Source: Rhodothermales bacterium (lineage in GTDB: Bacteria > Bacteroidota > Rhodothermia > Rhodothermales > JANQRZ01). Taken from it: a stretch of 64,000 nucleotides of DNA. The position numbers were made by a program, and so were the translations under genes. The notes under the pieces were generated by a model. The model ran no database searches. It was not told the origin of the DNA and worked only from the letters and a program-made list of their open reading frames with translations. The DNA is taken from positions 500,676 through 564,675 of the forward strand of contig JBDUXZ010000005.1 in assembly GCA_039944855.1 (NCBI GenBank). The letters run 5' to 3'. The number at the start of each line of letters is the position of its first letter. Positions within the stretch are counted from its first letter, which is position 1. Positions 59,450 to 64,000 of the stretch are shown here, piece by piece.

Positions 59450-61039
59450 ATGGATAAGCGTAGCATCTTCATCGGGATCGGCGTGCTCATCGCGGGCATC
59501 GTGCTCGGGGTTCTCATCGTGACGGTCGTGCGCCCGGACGCGCAGGACGTCAGCCTTTCCGACGCGACCCCGCCGCTGGAACGGCCGCCCGTCGCCGAGC
59601 CCGTCCGCATCGGCGACCCCGATCCGCCGCCGCCCCTGGCCGTGCCCGAGCTGATGTCGCTGAACAGCCTCTTCAAAGGCGTATCGAGCCGCGTCACGCC
59701 GACCGTCGTGTTCATCGAGGTCGAGATGCCGGCCGACGGGCGGATGGGGCCGGCCCTCGACGACTGGCACCCGCGCGTCCAGCCCCGCCGGTTCCGCCGG
59801 AGCGCGGGCAGCGGCGTCATCATCTCGCCGCTCGGCTACGTCGTTACCAATTCCCACGTCGTCGCCGGGGCCTCCAGCATCCGCGTCCTCCTCAACGACA
59901 AGCGCGAGTTCGACGCCGAGGTCATCGGCGAGGACCCGACGACGGACCTCGCCGTGATCCAACTCCTCGACGCCGACGACCTCCCCGTCGCCGCGCTCGG
60001 CGACTCCGACGAGATCGAGGTAGGCGAATGGGTCCTCGCCGTCGGCAACCCGTTCCGGCTGACCTCGACGGTGACGGCCGGGATCGTGAGCGCGCTCGGG
60101 CGGCAGGTCGATATCATCGAAGACGACTTCCGCATCGAAGACTTCATCCAGACTGACGCCGCCATCAATCCCGGCAACTCCGGCGGCGCGCTCGTCAACC
60201 TCCGCGGCGAAGTCGTCGGCGTCGCCACGGCGATCGCGACGGAGAGCGGGTCGTACGAGGGCTACGGGTTCGCCGTCCCGGTTAACCTCGTCACGCGCGT
60301 CGTCACCGACCTCATCGCCTACGGCGAGGTGCAGCGCGGCTACCTCGGCGTCGAGATCCGCGCCGTCACCGCCGCCGACGCCGACCGGATGGGGCTCGAC
60401 CGGATCGCCGGCGTCTACGTCTCGAAAGTCGCCGACGACGGCGCGGCGCAGCGCGCCGGCCTCCGCACGGGCGACGTCCTCCTCGCCATCAACGGGCAGG
60501 AGATCGACGCGCCGAACCAGTTCCAGAGCGCGATCGCCCTCCGCCGCCCCGACGAAGACATCCGCCTCGGTGTGTGGCGGCGCGGCGAGCGGCGCGACTT
60601 CGAGGCGCGCCTCATCGGGCGCGACAACGTGGCGCTCCAGAGCTGGGTCGCCGAGATCAACGGCCGGAACCCGGACTTCCCCGCCGCGCCCGAAACCCGC
60701 CCGCCCAACCCGTTTCACGACGACCTCGACCTCTACGAACTCGAAGCGTGGGGCGTCGGGCTCCGCGATCTCACGGAGGAGGAGCGTGAAACCTTCGGGG
60801 TCGAGGGTGGCGCGTACGTCGCGTTCGTGCGGCAGGGCGGCGCGGCCTCGGCCGACGGTCTGCCCGCCGGTACTGCCCTGACCGAGATTGAAGGGGAAGC
60901 CATCGGCTCGGCCGAAGACGCGACGGCTGTCCTCGACCAAGTCGCCGAAGCGGGGGAGACCGCGCTCGTCCGCGTCCTCCGCAGCGACGGCGTGACGGCG
61001 TACTACGACCTCGAGTCTCCGGCGTACGCCGAGCAGTAA
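59450..61039 (+). CDS. htrA: Do/HtrA-family periplasmic serine endoprotease with two PDZ domains
   Basis: N-terminal TM, GSGVIISPLGYVVTNSHVV, TDLAVIQL, TDAAINPGNSGGALVN, and two PDZ-like segments GVYVSKVADDGAAQRAGLRTGDVLLAINGQ and GAYVAFVRQGGAASADGLPAG. Confidence 0.9.
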   Translation: MDKRSIFIGIGVLIAGIVLGVLIVTVVRPDAQDVSLSDATPPLERPPVAEPVRIGDPDPPPPLAVPELMSLNSLFKGVSSRVTPTVVFIEVEMPADGRMGPALDDWHPRVQPRRFRRSAGSGVIISPLGYVVTNSHVVAGASSIRVLLNDKREFDAEVIGEDPTTDLAVIQLLDADDLPVAALGDSDEIEVGEWVLAVGNPFRLTSTVTAGIVSALGRQVDIIEDDFRIEDFIQTDAAINPGNSGGALVNLRGEVVGVATAIATESGSYEGYGFAVPVNLVTRVVTDLIAYGEVQRGYLGVEIRAVTAADADRMGLDRIAGVYVSKVADDGAAQRAGLRTGDVLLAINGQEIDAPNQFQSAIALRRPDEDIRLGVWRRGERRDFEARLIGRDNVALQSWVAEINGRNPDFPAAPETRPPNPFHDDLDLYELEAWGVGLRDLTEEERETFGVEGGAYVAFVRQGGAASADGLPAGTALTEIEGEAIGSAEDATAVLDQVAEAGETALVRVLRSDGVTAYYDLESPAYAEQ

Positions 61040-61088
61040 GCCCGCGCCGTCTCGTTCGTCTCATCTCTCGCTCTGCTCCCTTCCCCCG

Positions 61089-62291
61089 ATGATCCGTTAT
61101 CTCACCGCCGGCGAGTCGCACGGCGAGGCGCTCATCGGGATCGTCGAAGGGATGCCGGCCGGCGTCCCCGTCACGGCCGCCGACCTCGATGAACACCTCG
61201 CGCGCCGTTGGCTCGGATACGGGCGCGGCGGTCGGGCGAAGATCGAGCGGGACCGCGTGCACATCTATTCCGGCGTCCGCTTCTCGCACACGCTCGGCAG
61301 TCCGATCGCGCTCCGGCTCGACAACGCGGCGTACCAGAAAGACCGCGCGGGCTGGCCCGAGGCGATGGCCGTCGAAGGCTCGGGCGTAGGCGTCGAAAAG
61401 GTCACGCTTCCCCGGCCCGGCCACGCCGACCTCGTCGGCGTGCAGAAGTACGGGTTCGACGACATCCGCCCCGTCATCGACCGGTCGAGCGCGCGGGAGA
61501 CGGCGATGCGCGTCGCGTGCTGCTCGCTCGCTCGCGTCCTCCTCCGCCACCTCGGCATCGAAGTCGGCAGCCACGTCGTCCGCATCGGCGAGGTCGGGTA
61601 CGACGGGCCGGAGGACTGGCAGGACCGCGTCGCCGCGCTCGTCGAAAAAGGCGGCGCACGCGCGCTCTACGAAGCCGCCGACGCCGACGAGGTCCGCATG
61701 CTCGACGCCGACCTCTCGGCCGCATGCATCGACCACATCAAGGCCACGAAGAAGGCGGGCGACTCGCTCGGCGGCGTCTACGAAGTCGTCGTGACGGGCG
61801 TGCCGCCCGGCCTCGGGTCGTACGTCCACTGGGACCGACGGCTCGACGGCCAGCTCGCGCAGGCGATCCTCTCGATCCAGGCACAGAAAGCCGTCGAGAT
61901 CGGCGACGGGTTCGCGGGCGGCTCCCGCCCCGGCTCGCAGTTCCACGACCCGATCACGAAAGAGAACGGGCAGTTCCGCCGGACGAGCAACCACGCCGGC
62001 GGGATCGAAGGCGGCGTCTCGAACGGGATGCCGATCGTCGTGCGCGGCACGATGAAGCCGATCCCGACGCTCATCCGGCCGCTCGGCTCCGTCGACCTCG
62101 CCACCGGCGAGCCGCAGCCGACGCGCTACGAGCGGAGCGACGTCACGAGCGTCCCCGCCGCGAGCACCGTCGCCGAGGCCACCGTTGCCCTCGTGATCGC
62201 GAATGCCGTGCTCGAAAAGTTCGGCGGCGATTCGCTCGACGAACTCCGTGCCCGGTTCGAGGCACTCGACGAAGGTGGGTTTGGGCCCTGA
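61089..62291 (+). CDS. aroC: chorismate synthase
   Basis: MIRYLTAGESHGEALIGIVEGMPAG, RPGHADL, SARETA and GGIEGGVSNG. Confidence 0.95.
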   Translation: MIRYLTAGESHGEALIGIVEGMPAGVPVTAADLDEHLARRWLGYGRGGRAKIERDRVHIYSGVRFSHTLGSPIALRLDNAAYQKDRAGWPEAMAVEGSGVGVEKVTLPRPGHADLVGVQKYGFDDIRPVIDRSSARETAMRVACCSLARVLLRHLGIEVGSHVVRIGEVGYDGPEDWQDRVAALVEKGGARALYEAADADEVRMLDADLSAACIDHIKATKKAGDSLGGVYEVVVTGVPPGLGSYVHWDRRLDGQLAQAILSIQAQKAVEIGDGFAGGSRPGSQFHDPITKENGQFRRTSNHAGGIEGGVSNGMPIVVRGTMKPIPTLIRPLGSVDLATGEPQPTRYERSDVTSVPAASTVAEATVALVIANAVLEKFGGDSLDELRARFEALDEGGFGP

Positions 62292-62379
62292 GCCTTTGCC
62301 TCGCCCGATGCACCGAGCGGTTGCGGCCCCACCCGATTGCTCAGGCAGGGCCGCGACGATAGCTCGACTACGTCGCTGC

Positions 62380-62571
62380 TCAGGAGGGATCGTCGGTCGG
62401 ATCGCCGCCGGGGGCGAAGATCACAGCATCCTCCGTCCCCAATCCTGGCCCCCCGGTTACCTCGTGCAAGACGCCGAGTTGCTCTAGTGTGGGAGGCTCG
62501 AAGGACTTTCGCAGCGGAGGTCGAGATGTCGTGGATTGTGCAAGGGTCGTCGGAGCGTTCGAGGTGGACAT
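62380..62571 (-). CDS. candidate lasso-peptide-type RiPP precursor (63 aa), orphan
   Basis: MSTSNAPTTLAQSTTSRPPLRKSFEPPTLEQLGVLHEVTG|GPGLGTEDAVIFAPGGDPTDDPS. Residues F24-x-x-P27-x-L29-x3-G33-x5-T39-x fit the lasso leader motif Y-x-x-P-x-L-x3-G-x5-T-x. The putative core starts with Gly and has Glu7/Asp8 available for ring closure. Codon usage is atypical (many A/T-ending codons) and there is no SD. Coding status is unproven. Confidence 0.4.
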   Translation of the reverse strand: MSTSNAPTTLAQSTTSRPPLRKSFEPPTLEQLGVLHEVTGGPGLGTEDAVIFAPGGDPTDDPS

Positions 62572-62616
62572 GACGTAAAGGGGGTTGTCGGAGAGGCGTG
62601 GGGGGCGGAAGAGGAT

Positions 62617-62659
62617 GGCGGCCCCGCTTCGCCTCGTGGGGAGACGACGCGGGGCCGCC
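62617..62659 (-). terminator. strong hairpin after the T9SS-cargo gene (terminator-like, weak T-run)
   Basis: Perfect 11-bp arms GGCGGCCCCGC / GCGGGGCCGCC with a 21-nt loop. On the minus strand it is followed by ATCCTCTTCC. It lies 45 nt upstream of the candidate peptide ATG. Confidence 0.45.
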
Positions 62660-62666
62660 CGTCTGG

Positions 62667-64000
62667 CTATCGGATGATGGTGAGGAGCTGCGTGGCGGCG
62701 AACGCGGACCCGGCGGGGCCCGCCGTCATCCTGACGAGATACGTCCCTGCCGCCAACGTCGACGCTTCGAGCACGGCCTCGTGGCGTCCCGCCTCCACGG
62801 CTTCGTCGAGGAGCACGGCGACGGTGCGCCCGAGCACGTCGTAGACCACGACGCGGACCTTCGCCGCCTCGGGCACCTCGACGCCGAGCGTGGTGTGCGC
62901 GGAAAGCGGGTTTGGGTAGGCCGCTCCGAACGCGTACGTCGTCGGGAGCGCGCCGGCCGTCCGCGCCGCCACCTCCTCCTCAGCCGCCGCGATCATCGCC
63001 GCGTGGTCGAGCGTCGCCGGGCTCTCGACGACTCCGCCGTTCCGCGCCGACGCGCACTGGCTCTGCGCAAAGGGGTGGAGCCGCGCCGTCTCGTACTCCG
63101 TGCAGTAGCGCTGCTGCGTCGCCGCATCGACGTGGAAGAACCCGTAGACCGTCCCGCCCGAGAGGTAGACGAGCGACGTTACGATGTCGGGCTGGACCGC
63201 CGGGATCGACGTGCCCACCGCCAGCGGCTCGCGGTTGACCACGGCGAGGCCGGAGAACGTGTCACGGAGCACGACGCCGGTGGGGACCGACACCGTCGCG
63301 CCCGGAGCGAGCACACCCGAGGGCGGTGCAGCGAAGTACACGTTCTGGTAGGTGGCGGCGACGGAGCACGAAACCTCGGCGAAGTCGATGGGGGCGGAGC
63401 CGACGTTCTTCAGTTCGATGAACTCCGAGCCGGTCGAGGCGAAGTCCGAGACGATGAGGGCCTCGGGGCAGGGGCCGGGCTCGGCCGTGTCGCAGGCGTC
63501 GCCGATGCCGTCCTCGTCGCTGTCCGCCTGGTCCGGGTTTGGCGTAGCGGGGCAGTTGTCGTCGGCGTCGGGCACGCCGTCGCCGTCGTCGTCGGGCGCG
63601 CTGGTGATTTCGACGTTTACTTCGTAGGTGGCCGCTGCCTGCGCGACCGTTCCCTCATCGTTCTGGGCCGTCCACGTGGCCTCGCGGACGTAGACGTTCG
63701 GAATCGTGGGCGCGGTCACGAAAATGCCGACGGAGACGCTCTGCCCCGGTTCTAGTGTAAACCCCAAGTTGCTCAGCACCGTCCCCGCTGCCGAGTCCGT
63801 GAGGTCGTGGATCGTCAGCGGCACGTCGCCGGTGTTCTCGACGGCGTACCGCACCACCAACTCCTCTCCCGGGGCCGCCGTCACGCTGGCCTCCGACACG
63901 GTGCAGGTGCCCGGGTCCGCGGGGTCCGAGCAGTTCGCGGTCGCTACACGGCCGACCCTGACATCGAGGGCGATGGCCGCACTGGAGAGGTCGAACACGT
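62667..64000 (-). CDS. secreted protein with thrombospondin type-3-like Asp repeats, a lamin-tail-like domain and a T9SS C-terminal sorting domain (5' end outside window)
   Basis: DDDGDGVPDADDNCPATPNPDQADSDEDGIGDACD, LIVSDFASTGSEFIELKNVGSAPIDF, and the C-terminal AYPNPLSAHTTLGVEVPEAAKVRVVVYDVLGRTVAVLL...GTYLVRM. The frame is open to the window edge. Confidence 0.8.
   Translation of the reverse strand, partial: VFDLSSAAIALDVRVGRVATANCSDPADPGTCTVSEASVTAAPGEELVVRYAVENTGDVPLTIHDLTDSAAGTVLSNLGFTLEPGQSVSVGIFVTAPTIPNVYVREATWTAQNDEGTVAQAAATYEVNVEITSAPDDDGDGVPDADDNCPATPNPDQADSDEDGIGDACDTAEPGPCPEALIVSDFASTGSEFIELKNVGSAPIDFAEVSCSVAATYQNVYFAAPPSGVLAPGATVSVPTGVVLRDTFSGLAVVNREPLAVGTSIPAVQPDIVTSLVYLSGGTVYGFFHVDAATQQRYCTEYETARLHPFAQSQCASARNGGVVESPATLDHAAMIAAAEEEVAARTAGALPTTYAFGAAYPNPLSAHTTLGVEVPEAAKVRVVVYDVLGRTVAVLLDEAVEAGRHEAVLEASTLAAGTYLVRMTAGPAGSAFAATQLLTIIR

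Noticed and set aside
62292-62379. Hairpin GCGGCCC-(19 nt)-GGGCCGC between aroC and the candidate peptide ORF as a bidirectional terminator
   Set aside because: It has only a 7-bp stem with a large loop and no T-runs on either side, which is insufficient evidence.

Overview
Very GC-rich chromosomal segment that looks like a Bacteroidota/Rhodothermota-type organism: two T9SS C-terminal sorting domains, BamD, a tmRNA whose tag ends in YALAA, and few Shine-Dalgarno sites. I do not claim a species. Most of the window is tightly packed housekeeping and core metabolism. The left 17 kb is an alpha-glucan/trehalose block (TreS-maltokinase fusion, GlgE, GlgX, TreY, TreZ, MalQ) next to a truncated topA. 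After that come tmRNA and a lower-GC patch holding a lipoprotein gene and a 31-codon basic micro-ORF. The remainder is ordinary genes: udk, coaX, birA, suhB-like, fabI, efp, accBC, gcvH, guaA, bamD, nadD, phhA, prmC, htrA, aroC and others. I saw no rRNA, tRNA, CRISPR array, transposase or integrase. The most interesting items follow. (1) An orphan 63-codon ORF at 62380..62571 (-) fits the lasso-peptide leader motif residue for residue, but no maturation genes are visible in the window. (2) A GAF histidine kinase overlaps by GTGA with a DUF3095-like, possibly cyclase-like, protein. (3) A PIG-L deacetylase, an ATP-grasp ligase and a PHP phosphoesterase form a three-gene unit with overlapping start/stop codons. 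(4) An intrinsic terminator and a hairpin-rich 300-nt stretch sit upstream of a lipoprotein gene. (5) Several families of GC-rich palindromic or inverted-repeat intergenic elements occur, some reaching into stop codons. The many long ORFs in the six-frame track that run antisense to these genes are high-GC shadow frames. All product calls rest on motif recognition by eye. No database search was run.
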